DNA from: Thermoanaerobaculia bacterium
Lineage (GTDB): Bacteria > Acidobacteriota > Thermoanaerobaculia > Multivoradales > UBA5704
DNA: 64,000 nt
Assembly (NCBI GenBank): GCA_038248205.1
Contig: JBBRUC010000003.1
Location: 596-64,595 of the forward strand
Direction: 5' to 3'
Shown here: piece by piece, positions 8,765 to 21,900 of the stretch
Layout of the letters: each line of letters opens with the position of its first letter
Numbering within the stretch: position 1 is the stretch's first letter
The notes under the pieces: generated by a model
Seen by the model: only the letters and a program-made list of their open reading frames with translations
The model's database searches: none
What the model was told of the DNA's origin: nothing
Program-made: the position numbers and the translations under genes

Positions 8765-9511
8765 ATGATCACCGGCTACAACACGGACGTGCGGCACAAC
8801 GACGTCGTGTTCCACGTTCAGACGGAGGACAAAGGGGAGGCCAACCCCCAGATCGAGAGCCTCGTCTACGTGAGCGGCCAGGTTCTCGTGAGCAAGAAGG
8901 CGAGCTATGCGAGCCTGCTCGCCGAAGGGCATGGCGACAAGGCGATCCTGGCGCTCATGGACCAGCAGCACCGGACGATGATCGCCGCGATCCGCCACGG
9001 CAAGCTGGATGAGAAGTGGGCGGCGATGGCCGCGGCCCGCGGAGGCCAGACCTCTGTGCGGGTACCGATCGTCAAGCCTCCTCCTCCCCCCCCTCGGGTT
9101 GAGGAAGACCGGGCGGAAGAAACCCGCGCGCCGATGCGGGGAGAGACCGCCCCGGCGGCACCCGAGCGCAGTCTCGACCAGGTGATCCTGGAGTATCTGA
9201 CCCACGAGGCGGATCAAGAGCAGCTCATCGTGACCCTCGAAGGCGAGCGCGACCTGTCGATCGGCCAGGCCGCGAGCCTGATGCTGCGCGCCAGCTCGTC
9301 GAAAAGCGGTCAGCCGGTCACCGGGGCGCAGGTCACGGTCAAAATGATTTCGACGATCACCGAACCGCGGATGCTCGCGATAGGGCAGAGCGACGACCTG
9401 GGGATGGTCGCGCTGCGCTTCGAGATTCCCTCGCTCGGCCGCGGCACCGCGGCGTTGATCGTCTCCGCGGTTTCGGCGATCGGCCGGGCCGAACTCAAGC
9501 ACCTGCTCTAG
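8765..9511 (+). CDS. hypothetical protein (conserved N-terminal TGYNTDV..HVQTEDKG domain, Pro-rich linker, Ig-like C-terminus)
   Basis: 248-aa ORF with protein-like composition. I recognise no family with certainty. Confidence 0.6.
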   Translation: MITGYNTDVRHNDVVFHVQTEDKGEANPQIESLVYVSGQVLVSKKASYASLLAEGHGDKAILALMDQQHRTMIAAIRHGKLDEKWAAMAAARGGQTSVRVPIVKPPPPPPRVEEDRAEETRAPMRGETAPAAPERSLDQVILEYLTHEADQEQLIVTLEGERDLSIGQAASLMLRASSSKSGQPVTGAQVTVKMISTITEPRMLAIGQSDDLGMVALRFEIPSLGRGTAALIVSAVSAIGRAELKHLL

Positions 9512-9518
9512 GCGGTCC

Positions 9519-9752
9519 ATGGATCGAATGACGATGGACGCGACGGACGGTTTGGAGATCGCCTTGAACGGCGAGGCGCGGCGGATCGCGGCGGGAGAGA
9601 CGCTGCTCGATCTGCTCGCGGCGCTCGGGCGCGATCCGCGCACCGTGGCGATCGAGAAAAACGGTGTGATCGTGCCGCGCGGCGACTACGGCGCGGCGCC
9701 GCTCGCGGCGGGCGATTCGGTCGAAGTCGTCCATTTCGTCCAAGGGGGCTAA
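9519..9752 (+). CDS. thiS: sulfur-carrier protein ThiS
   Basis: LEIALNGE...AIEKNGVIVPRGDY...GDSVEVVHFVQGG ends in the Gly-Gly typical of ThiS/MoaD beta-grasp carriers. The real start may be Met at 9528 or 9534. Confidence 0.8.
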   Translation: MDRMTMDATDGLEIALNGEARRIAAGETLLDLLAALGRDPRTVAIEKNGVIVPRGDYGAAPLAAGDSVEVVHFVQGG

Positions 9753-9878
9753 GCGATCTTTCGCTCCGACGATCGCGGTTTGGAATATCCCGGGAGGAGG
9801 TCCGGTTCTCGTTCGCCGCGCCGGGTTGTTCCTCCAGGGTTGCTTCCTGCGGGCGCACTGACTAAAATCACTTCCGAC

Positions 9879-9954
9879 GGGCCGATAGCTCAACTGGCAG
9901 AGCAGCAGACTCTTAATCTGCGGGTTGAAGGTTCGATTCCTTCTCGGCTCACCA
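9879..9954 (+). tRNA. tRNA-Lys (anticodon CTT)
   Basis: Hand-folded cloverleaf. The acceptor is gggccga/tcggctc and the D arm is gctc-aactggca-gagc. The anticodon stem gcaga/tctgc carries the loop ctCTTaa. The T arm is gaagg-ttcgatt-ccttc. CCA is encoded. Confidence 0.9.
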
Positions 9955-10006
9955 TCCCTTATCTGCCGGCAATTTTCGGGTATCCTGCTTCGTTCGAGCA
10001 CCTCTC

Positions 10007-10092
10007 GCGAAAGTGGCGGAATCGGTATACGCGCTAGACTTAGGATCTAGTCCTGAGAAATCGGGTTGGGGGTTCGAGTCCCCCCTTTCGCA
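10007..10092 (+). tRNA. tRNA-Leu (anticodon TAG), type II with long variable arm
   Basis: The acceptor is gcgaaag/ctttcgc. The anticodon stem ctaga/tctag carries the loop ctTAGga. There is a long variable arm. The T arm is ggggg-ttcgagt-ccccc. The discriminator is A and no CCA is encoded. Confidence 0.9.
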
Positions 10093-10152
10093 CTCGCGCC
10101 GCGGGATCCCCTCTACAGCGTTTCCCGGTGCACTTCCTGGAGTCCAAGATCG

Positions 10153-11454
10153 ATGAGCGTGGTCCTATCGGTAGAGGACGTCGGTCCTTGCCGCAAACAG
10201 TTGACGATCGAAATCCCGGCTCCGGCGGTCGAAGCCGAAACCGCACGCGTCGTACGCGAGTACGGCGCCAAGGCCAAAATCCCCGGTTTCCGCCAGGGCA
10301 AAGTGCCGAGTGGCGTCATCAAGCGTCACTTCGGCAAAGAGATCGATCAGGAAGTGATCGAGCGTCTGGTGCCCCGCTATTGGCGGCAGGCGCAGGCGGA
10401 AGCGGAGATCGAACCGCTGATGTCGCCCGACGTCGACTCGGTCGACGAGGCCAAGCCCGGCGAGCCGATGAAGTTCACCGCCACCGTCGAGGTACGGCCG
10501 AAGATCGAACTCGGTAACCTCTCCGGCTTCGAGCTGCCCGATCCGCCGACCGAGCCGGCGCCGATCGAAGTGGAAGAGGCGCTCGACGACCTGCGCAAGC
10601 GGGTCGCGGAGTGGCTCGCGGTCGATCGCCCCGCGGTGCGCGGCGACCTGGCGGTCGGCAAGATCTTCGAGCGCTTTCCGGCGGAAGAGGATCGAGAGAC
10701 CGAAGGCAACCCGTTCGAGGTGGAGATCGGCGACCCGCGGGTCTGGGAAGAGCTGACGATAGCGCTCACCGGCCTGGCCGCCGGGCGCGAAGGGCGTTTC
10801 GAACGGAAAGAGCCCGCGGCCGAGGGCGCGCCCGAAGCCGGCGAGACGCTCCGCCATTTTCGGATCGTCGTCGACGAGGTGCGCGAGCGCGATCTGCCGG
10901 CCTTGGACGACGCGTTCGCCCAGAAAATCAACGCCTCGTTCGAAAACGTCAAGGCGCTCGAAGAGGCGCTCGCGGGGCGCATCCGCAACGACAAGACCCA
11001 GAATCGCCGCGAGCTGCGCGAGCGTACCCTGCTCGATCAGTTGCGCGAGCGCCATCCGATCGAGCTGCCGGCCGGAGTCGTTCGCCGGGAGACCGAGTCC
11101 CTGCTGCGCGATTACGCCGAAAACATGGCGCGCAGCGGCGTCGACGTCGAGAAGGCCGAGATCGACTGGCACCGGCTGGGGCACGACATGCAGCCGATGG
11201 CCGAGAAGCGCGTCCATGCCCGTCTGGTGCTCGACGCGGTGGCCGACGGTGAGAAGATCGCGGTCTCCGAAGCCGAGTTCGAGTCCGCGCTCAGCACCCT
11301 CGCGCGGTCTCAAAACGCTTCGACTCCGGCGCTTAGGAAGGCGCTCGATTCCGACGGACGCCTCCAGGCGCTTCGCCAGCAGCTGCGCCGCGACAAGACG
11401 ATCCGCCACCTGCTCGGGGAAGAGCCGGCGGCCGACGAAAAGCAAAAGACGTAA
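10153..11454 (+). CDS. tig: trigger factor
   Basis: [23 protein letters not shown]...[10 protein letters not shown] is the trigger factor N-terminal signature. ATG at 10153 is chosen because the ORF-track start (10066) lies inside tRNA-Leu. The gene precedes clpP-clpX. Confidence 0.9.
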   Translation: MSVVLSVEDVGPCRKQLTIEIPAPAVEAETARVVREYGAKAKIPGFRQGKVPSGVIKRHFGKEIDQEVIERLVPRYWRQAQAEAEIEPLMSPDVDSVDEAKPGEPMKFTATVEVRPKIELGNLSGFELPDPPTEPAPIEVEEALDDLRKRVAEWLAVDRPAVRGDLAVGKIFERFPAEEDRETEGNPFEVEIGDPRVWEELTIALTGLAAGREGRFERKEPAAEGAPEAGETLRHFRIVVDEVRERDLPALDDAFAQKINASFENVKALEEALAGRIRNDKTQNRRELRERTLLDQLRERHPIELPAGVVRRETESLLRDYAENMARSGVDVEKAEIDWHRLGHDMQPMAEKRVHARLVLDAVADGEKIAVSEAEFESALSTLARSQNASTPALRKALDSDGRLQALRQQLRRDKTIRHLLGEEPAADEKQKT

Positions 11455-11464
11455 GGAGAGCCTG

Positions 11465-12055
11465 ATGCTGATCCCGATGGTCCTCGAACAGACGAACCGC
11501 GGCGAGCGTTCGTACGACATTTTCTCCCGGCTGCTCAAAGACAACATCATCTTCCTCGGTCGCCCGATCGACGACGACCTGGCGAGCCTGCTGATCGCGC
11601 AGATGTTGTTTCTGGAGGCCGAGAACCCCGAGAAGGACATTTCGATCTACATCAATTCGCCCGGCGGCTCGGTTTCGGCCGGCCTCGCGGTCTACGACAC
11701 GATGCAGTACATCAAGCCCGACATCGCCACCTACTGCGTGGGCCAGGCGGCGTCGATGGCCGCGGTTCTGCTCGCGGCGGGCGCCAAGGGTAAGCGGACG
11801 CTGTTGCCCAACTCCCGGGTGCTGATCCATCAGCCCTGGCTCCAAGGGCTCGGCGGCCAACAGTCCGACATCGAGATCCACGCCCGAGACCTGCTGCAGA
11901 TGCGCGGCCGGCTGGACGAGATCCTGGCGTTTCACACCGGCAGGAACAAAGAAGAGGTCCACCACGATACCGAGCGCGACCGCATCCTCTCCGCGGACGA
12001 GGCCGTCGCCTACGGCATCGTCGATCGCGTGATGCAGAAGCGTCGCGCCGCTTAA
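11465..12055 (+). CDS. clpP: ATP-dependent Clp protease proteolytic subunit
   Basis: Contains [52 protein letters not shown] and IHQP. The ATG is at 11465. Confidence 0.95.
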   Translation: MLIPMVLEQTNRGERSYDIFSRLLKDNIIFLGRPIDDDLASLLIAQMLFLEAENPEKDISIYINSPGGSVSAGLAVYDTMQYIKPDIATYCVGQAASMAAVLLAAGAKGKRTLLPNSRVLIHQPWLQGLGGQQSDIEIHARDLLQMRGRLDEILAFHTGRNKEEVHHDTERDRILSADEAVAYGIVDRVMQKRRAA

Positions 12056-12221
12056 AGAACGCCGCCGGTTTTCGGCGGGTGAAATAGCGCTCCGCGGCAT
12101 GGGTGTTGTAGGGGATGGTTCGAAGATTCACCCGAGGTTGGCGAGTGTTGACAGGGCCGGGGATCGCTCCTAGCATGACTGAAACGACCCTGACCTTCGC
12201 AGCGGCCGCACTGGAGAAGAA

Positions 12222-13463
12222 ATGCCGAAGAAAGAAAGCGGCGACGAAGTTCTGAGGTGCTCGTTCTGCAATAAGAGCCAGCGTGAGGTGAAAAAACTCA
12301 TCGCCGGCCCGACGGTCTTCATCTGCGACGAATGCGTCGACATCTGCATCGACATCATCGCGGAAGACCGGATGCTCGAGCAGCAGCAGGACACTTCGTT
12401 GCCGAAGCCGAAGGAGGTCAAGGCGCTCCTCGACGACTACGTAATCGGCCAGGAGACGGCGAAGAAGAAGCTCGCGGTCGCGGTCTACAACCACTACAAG
12501 CGCATCGACTTCGCCGAAAAGGCGCCGCACGGTGAGGTCGAGCTGTCGAAGTCGAACATCATGCTGATCGGCCCGACCGGTACGGGCAAGACCTTGCTCG
12601 CGCAGACCCTCGCGCGGCTGCTCTCCGTGCCGTTCACGATCGCCGACGCGACGACGCTCACCGAAGCCGGCTACGTCGGCGAGGATGTCGAAAACATCAT
12701 CCTCAAGCTCTACCAAGCCTCCGGCAGCGACAAAGAGAAGACCCAGCGCGGCATCGTCTACATCGACGAAGTCGACAAGATCTGTAGGAAGAGCGACAAC
12801 CCCTCGATCACGCGGGACGTCTCCGGCGAAGGCGTGCAGCAGGCGCTGCTCAAAATCCTCGAAGGGACGCAGTGCAACGTGCCGCCCCAAGGCGGTAGGA
12901 AGCACCCCCACCAGGAGTTCCTGCAGATCGACACCACCAACATCCTGTTCATCTGCGGCGGCGCGTTCGTGGGCTTGGACGACGTGATCGAGCGGCGGCT
13001 GAACCAGAAATCGCTCGGCTTCGGAGCTGAGATCCGGGGCAAGAAAGAGCGCTCGAAAGGCGAGATCCTGGAGCAGGTGCTGCCCGAAGATCTGATCCGC
13101 TACGGCTTGATCCCCGAGTTCGTCGGCCGTCTACCGGTGGTGGCGACTCTGGAGCAGCTCGACGAGGAGGCGCTGGTGCGCATCCTCCGGGAGCCGAAGA
13201 ACAGCTTGATCAAGCAGTACCAGACGATGTTCGAGTTCGAAGGGGTTGAACTCAAGTTCACCGACGAGGCGATCGTCGCGATCGCCCGCGAGGCGCTCAA
13301 TCGAAACGTCGGCGCGCGGGGCTTGCGGATCATCCTCGAAGACTTGATGCTCGACCTGATGTATACGGTCCCGTCGCAGCGCGATATCAAACAGTGCGTG
13401 ATCAATGAGGAAGTCGTCTCGAGTCGGATTCAGCCGATCATGCTCTACAAGAAGGCGGGTTAG
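12222..13463 (+). CDS. clpX: ATP-dependent Clp protease ATP-binding subunit ClpX
   Basis: Has the zinc-ribbon [27 protein letters not shown], the Walker A GPTGTGKT and [10 protein letters not shown]. Confidence 0.95.
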   Translation: MPKKESGDEVLRCSFCNKSQREVKKLIAGPTVFICDECVDICIDIIAEDRMLEQQQDTSLPKPKEVKALLDDYVIGQETAKKKLAVAVYNHYKRIDFAEKAPHGEVELSKSNIMLIGPTGTGKTLLAQTLARLLSVPFTIADATTLTEAGYVGEDVENIILKLYQASGSDKEKTQRGIVYIDEVDKICRKSDNPSITRDVSGEGVQQALLKILEGTQCNVPPQGGRKHPHQEFLQIDTTNILFICGGAFVGLDDVIERRLNQKSLGFGAEIRGKKERSKGEILEQVLPEDLIRYGLIPEFVGRLPVVATLEQLDEEALVRILREPKNSLIKQYQTMFEFEGVELKFTDEAIVAIAREALNRNVGARGLRIILEDLMLDLMYTVPSQRDIKQCVINEEVVSSRIQPIMLYKKAG

Positions 13464-13507
13464 ACTCAGGGGTATCCCTGGGTTTTGAGCCGCGGAAGCG
13501 AGGACCG

Positions 13508-15925
<2,418 letters not shown>

Positions 15926-15986
15926 AGTCTCCGGGGCCGGGCGGCAGAGTGCCGTGCGGTCTCGATGAAATGTTCGCGGGGCTTAA

Positions 15987-16667
15987 ATGGCCGCCGCGAA
16001 CGCCCTACGAAAGCTGGCTTCCCCAGGACCCGCGGAGCGGGGTTTCTACCCTGCTCCGACGCAGTCCGGTACGGTGACTTACAACTTGAAAATAGAGAAG
16101 GCGGAGTTCGTTCGTGCCGGGCACCGGACGGAGGACTACCTGCGCGACGGGCGCCCTGAGTTCGCGTTCGTCGGTCGCTCCAACGTCGGCAAGTCGAGCC
16201 TGCTCAATCGGCTCCTTGGACGCCGGGGCCTCGCGCGGATCAGTTCGACCCCCGGTCGAACGCGGTCGATCAACTACTTCTTGATCAATGACCGCGTCTA
16301 TTTCGTCGACCTGCCCGGCTATGGGTATGCCAAGGCGGGGCGTGCGGATCGAGCCGAATGGGCGGCGCTGGTGGACGGCTATTTGCAATGCGAGGTGCCC
16401 CGGCGGACGGTGTTGCTGCTGATCGATGGCAAGGTTGGTGCAACACCGCTCGATCAACAGGCATTTCGCTACCTGACCGAGATGGAGGCCGTGACGGTGA
16501 TCGTCGTGACCAAGATCGATCAGGTGAAGAAGGGCAAGCGGCAGGCGCAACTGCAAGAGATTCGGCGCACCTTGGGTGCCGCCGAGGAAGCCCAAATCCT
16601 GCCTGTCTCGTCCGAGTCGGGCGACGGGATTCGGGAACTCTGGAGCACACTGGATTCTCGGGCGTAA
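15987..16667 (+). CDS. engB: ribosome biogenesis GTPase EngB/YsxC/YihA
   Basis: Contains EFAFVGRSNVGKSSLLN, DLPGYGYA and VVTKIDQV (G1, G3 and G4). It lies downstream of lon, as in Bacillus. The true start may be the in-frame TTG at 16086. Confidence 0.85.
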   Translation: MAAANALRKLASPGPAERGFYPAPTQSGTVTYNLKIEKAEFVRAGHRTEDYLRDGRPEFAFVGRSNVGKSSLLNRLLGRRGLARISSTPGRTRSINYFLINDRVYFVDLPGYGYAKAGRADRAEWAALVDGYLQCEVPRRTVLLLIDGKVGATPLDQQAFRYLTEMEAVTVIVVTKIDQVKKGKRQAQLQEIRRTLGAAEEAQILPVSSESGDGIRELWSTLDSRA

Positions 16668-16746
16668 ACCCCCATCCTCCGGTCCGTCATCCGGTTTTCC
16701 CGGGGATGGCCGAGAACCGAGTACAACGTAATTTGTGAGGAACGTC

Positions 16747-18039
<1,293 letters not shown>

Positions 18040-18054
18040 GGGGAGGGGAGGGCC

Positions 18055-18849
18055 GTGCCCAAGCTGCGAGTCGGCATTGTCAATTACCTCAACAGCAAGC
18101 CGCTGGCGTGGGGGTTCTTGAAGGGGCACCATGCGGACCTCTTCGCGCCGAGCTTTCATCCGCCGGCCCAGGTGGCCCGTCTGCTCGCCGAAGGATCGCT
18201 CGACGTCGGCCTGATCCCCTCGATCGAGGTCCAGCGCATCCCGCGGCTCCGCGTGCTGCCCGACTTGTGCGTCGCGGCGACCCACGAGGTGAAAAGCGTC
18301 CTCCTGGTTGCCAAGGGGCCGATCGAAGAGGTCCGGCGCCTGGCGCTCGACCAGAACAGCCGTACTTCGGCCGGGCTGGTGCGCATCCTCCTCGCCGAGC
18401 GCTGGGGCATCCGCCCCGAGACCGTCCCTCAGCGGGCCGAAATCGAGCGGATGATGGCCGACGCCGACGCCGCGTTGATCATCGGCGACCCGGCGCTCAA
18501 AGTGGATCGCGAGCGCTATTTCGTCTACGACCTCGCCGCGGAGTGGCGCGCCCTCACCGGCCTGCCGTTCGTCTTCGCGGTCTGGGCCGTACGGCCGGAG
18601 GTCGATCTGTCCGAGCTGTCGTTCTACTTCAAGAGCAGCTTGCGCTACGGGCTTTCCTCGCTCGACGTCCTGGTGCGCGAAGCCGCGGCCGAACTCGATT
18701 TAGACTCCGCGGACATCCGCTCCTACCTGACGGAAAACCTGAGTTTCTTCCTGCGCGAAGACGAGATCGCGGGCCTCGAAGAGTACTACCGCCGCGCCCA
18801 CGCCCACGGCTTGATCCTGGAGCCGCGTCCGCTCGAATTCTGGGAGTGA
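18055..18849 (+). CDS. mqnA: chorismate dehydratase MqnA (futalosine menaquinone pathway)
   Basis: LRVGIVNYLNSKPLAWGF...LDVGLIPSIE...ALIIGDPAL...PFVFAVWAV follows the MqnA/DUF178 periplasmic-binding-fold pattern. Confidence 0.85.
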   Translation: MPKLRVGIVNYLNSKPLAWGFLKGHHADLFAPSFHPPAQVARLLAEGSLDVGLIPSIEVQRIPRLRVLPDLCVAATHEVKSVLLVAKGPIEEVRRLALDQNSRTSAGLVRILLAERWGIRPETVPQRAEIERMMADADAALIIGDPALKVDRERYFVYDLAAEWRALTGLPFVFAVWAVRPEVDLSELSFYFKSSLRYGLSSLDVLVREAAAELDLDSADIRSYLTENLSFFLREDEIAGLEEYYRRAHAHGLILEPRPLEFWE

Positions 18850-18970
18850 AGCTCATACTTCCAGTAGTGTGCTGTCACTTCTTACTTTTGCGAAGTGGCA
18901 ATCCTGCTTGCTGAGGCGTATACACTCCATGCTGCGGTGCTGGACCGGACCAGTCTTGGAGGGCTCTTCC

Positions 18971-21900
18971 ATGCCGAGTTGCCTCTCGTCGCTTTCGAGT
19001 GCTCGACGCGCCTGGATTCTTTGCGCGCTTTCCCTGTTCGTCGTCTTCGTGCTCGGCGCGCCACTGGCCGCCCAGCCTTGTGGAACCTGTCCAGGCGCGG
19101 ATCTCAACGTCTTCGTATGCAATCTTGCCGAGATCCCCAGCGCTTCGAATCCAAGCTGCAACACTTTGCCGGAGACCCAGAATTGCCGCACGCCCGTGAT
19201 TATTGCTCAGGCCGTCGAGGTAGTCTCCCAAGGAGGAGGCTTATTCACGGCTCGACTGCCGGTCCGGCTCGAGACCCTGGGCAACACTATGATCACGCCC
19301 AACGGCCGCTTGGATCTGTTCTGGAACCAGGGGCCTCCAGTCTCGCTTTCGACCTCCTTGTGCGAGAACAACACGACCGACGTTACAAAGACCTATCTGG
19401 AGCGCAGCAACCTTTCGTGTGCGGGCGCTCCCTATGACTTCGGAGTCTTTTCGGTGAGAGCATTCGTTTGCAGGGGCGCCGGCTCCTGCGAACGGTTCGC
19501 CGATGCAGCCAATTTGCCCTTTCGAGTGACCAAAGCTGATCTTGGTTGCCCCGAGCCACCGCTGTTCGGCTGCGACGACGACGCCTCTTGCACGACTTGC
19601 CTTGCGCTCGGTGGCGGCGGTTGTGGGGCGAGCTTGAGCGTCTCGGGCGAAGGTGCTGCTGTCACGCCCTGCCAAAGTGGGCCAGGAGCCCTGCTGCGCT
19701 ACCGTGCCGGAGGAGCAGGGGGTCCGGGCCTCCCCGGCTCGACCGCCTGGAACGCCACCCTCGGTCAATATTGGTCGCACGACTACGCGGAGCGCCTCGT
19801 CACCGACCCACCGGGTGACAATTCGCACGTCTGGCTGACCACCCGCTTCGCTACCTTTCGCGAATTTCGAGACCTGAACGGTGACAACGTTTACGAAAAG
19901 ATCCTTCCGAGCGACGAACACCGGACTCTCACCCGTGTTCCCGGAATCGGCTGGAGGCTGGAGGAACTCGACGGCACGTCCCGCGAATTCGATGTGACCG
20001 GCCGATGGACGCGCACCACCGACCGCAACGGCAATGCCAAATCGGGGTTCTACGGTGCCGGGGGACTGGAGCACGTCGATTTTCCGGACGGCCGGAAGGA
20101 GGAACTCACTTACGTAGGGGGCCTCCTGGCGACCATCACCGAAGTCGGTGTAGACGGCTCCCGGCGCTCGTGGGGTTATGCCTGGTCCGGTCTCGATCTG
20201 CAACGGATCACCCGCCCAGACAGCACGAAGTGGGAATTCTTCTACGCCGATCCCAGCCATCCGGGCTTCCTCACCCGAATGGATCTGGTCGGCACCGACG
20301 GCTCGCGGCGAGTCGAAGCGGCATATAGCTATGATGCGAGAGGTAACGTGGTCGAAATGTGGAGGGGGGCGCTCGTCTCGACGGACCCGTCGGCGGTCGA
20401 TCGTTGGCAACTCACCTATGACAATCCGATCCGACCAACCCGAACCGAGGCGAAGGATGCTCTCGGCGTTACTTCGGTCTACACCATTGGCCGCGATGTG
20501 ACCGGATCTTCGAAGCCGAAAATCCTGCAAATCCAGGGCGACTGCCCTACCTGCGGCACCGGCCCGAACTCCACTTTTGAGTACAACGATGCCGCAAACC
20601 CGCTGCTACCAACCGCCATTACGAGCGGTCGCGTGTTGCGAACCGAGATGGACTACGACGGGGTCGGCATGCTCTTGCGCCGCCGCGAGGCGGTGGGGAC
20701 TCCGAGGCAGCGCGAGACGACCTACACGTACTCGCTGATGTTTCGGGCGCTTCTGACTTCAATGGCCAAGCCCTCGACGTCCGGCGGTGTCGCGCAGCGA
20801 ACCTCGACCTACTTGCTTGATCCTCAAGGTAATCCGACGACGAGCCGCATCCAAGGGGTCGAAGCGGGCAGCGCCTTTCTGTTCGACACGATCACGACGT
20901 ACAGCGGCGTGGGTCAACCGCTCTCGTTCGATCCGCCCGGTTTTGCCTTAACCGACCAGACCACCTATACCTACAACTTCGCGGGTCGCAACGGTTTGAT
21001 CGCTGATTCGCGTACCGATCCTCTCGATCTGGGTACGACGCGCTTCGAGGTGGACGGCTGGAACCGTCGGACCCGTACGATCGATCCCAATGGGGTGGGA
21101 ACGACCACCTCCTTCGACACTTTGAACCGAATCGAATCGATCCGCCAGGAAGGCGCCGGGGCGGCTCCGGATCTGATCACCACCTCGACCTACAATCCAT
21201 TTGGCGATCTGATCTGGATGACCCTTCCTCGCGGCAACGTGATCGAGTACGGCTATGACAATGCTGGGAGGCTGATTTCGGTTGAGCGAAAGCCGGATGC
21301 GGCAACGTCCAAAGAGCGCACCCTCTACGCCCTCGACACGGTGGGCCACCGTTCGAGGGAAGATCGGCAGCGCTGGACCGGCACGGCCTGGGAAACACGG
21401 GCCACCACGAGCTTCGATTATTCGACCCGTTGCCACCTGGACCGCGTTCGTTTTCCGGATGGGTCAGCTTCAGAATACCGCTACGATTGCGACGGCAACT
21501 TGAGCGAGACGTGGGACTCCAATCATCCGATGGAGTCCAACCCGACCGCGACGATGCGCTACGACTACGATCCGTTGAATCGGCTCACTTCGGTCACCCA
21601 ACCGTGGGAGGGCACCGGCTCTGCGGTGACCACCTACGACTACGACGTTCAGGATCACCTGACCGCGGTTGTCGACGCGAACCAAAATCCGACCACCTAT
21701 ATTTATTCTGACCGCGATCGAATGACCTTGGAAGACTCGATTGTCACGGCGGTAAAGAGCTTTACCTACAACCCGCATGGAGAGCTGATTCAGGAGACCG
21801 ACGCCCGTCCGGTGACCACGACCCGCACGGTCGATGCGGCGGATCGGGTCACGCGGATCAGCTATCCGGACCCGTCTCTGGAAACCACCTACACGTACGG

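Noticed and set aside
9519-9752. The ThiS-like gene as MoaD, because of the nearby moaA
   Set aside because: The sequence pattern (NG..., AIEKNGVIVPRGDY, GDSVEVVHFVQGG) matches ThiS better than MoaD. No moaE lies adjacent. The call is left as ThiS.
10066-10152. The ORF-track start of trigger factor at 10066
   Set aside because: That start lies inside the T-arm and acceptor stem of tRNA-Leu. The conserved trigger factor N-terminus begins at ATG 10153.
18896-18911. Sigma-54-like TGGCAA...TTGCT upstream of the RHS gene
   Set aside because: The GG-to-GC spacing is one nucleotide too long (13 rather than 12). Sigma-54 promoters tolerate this poorly.
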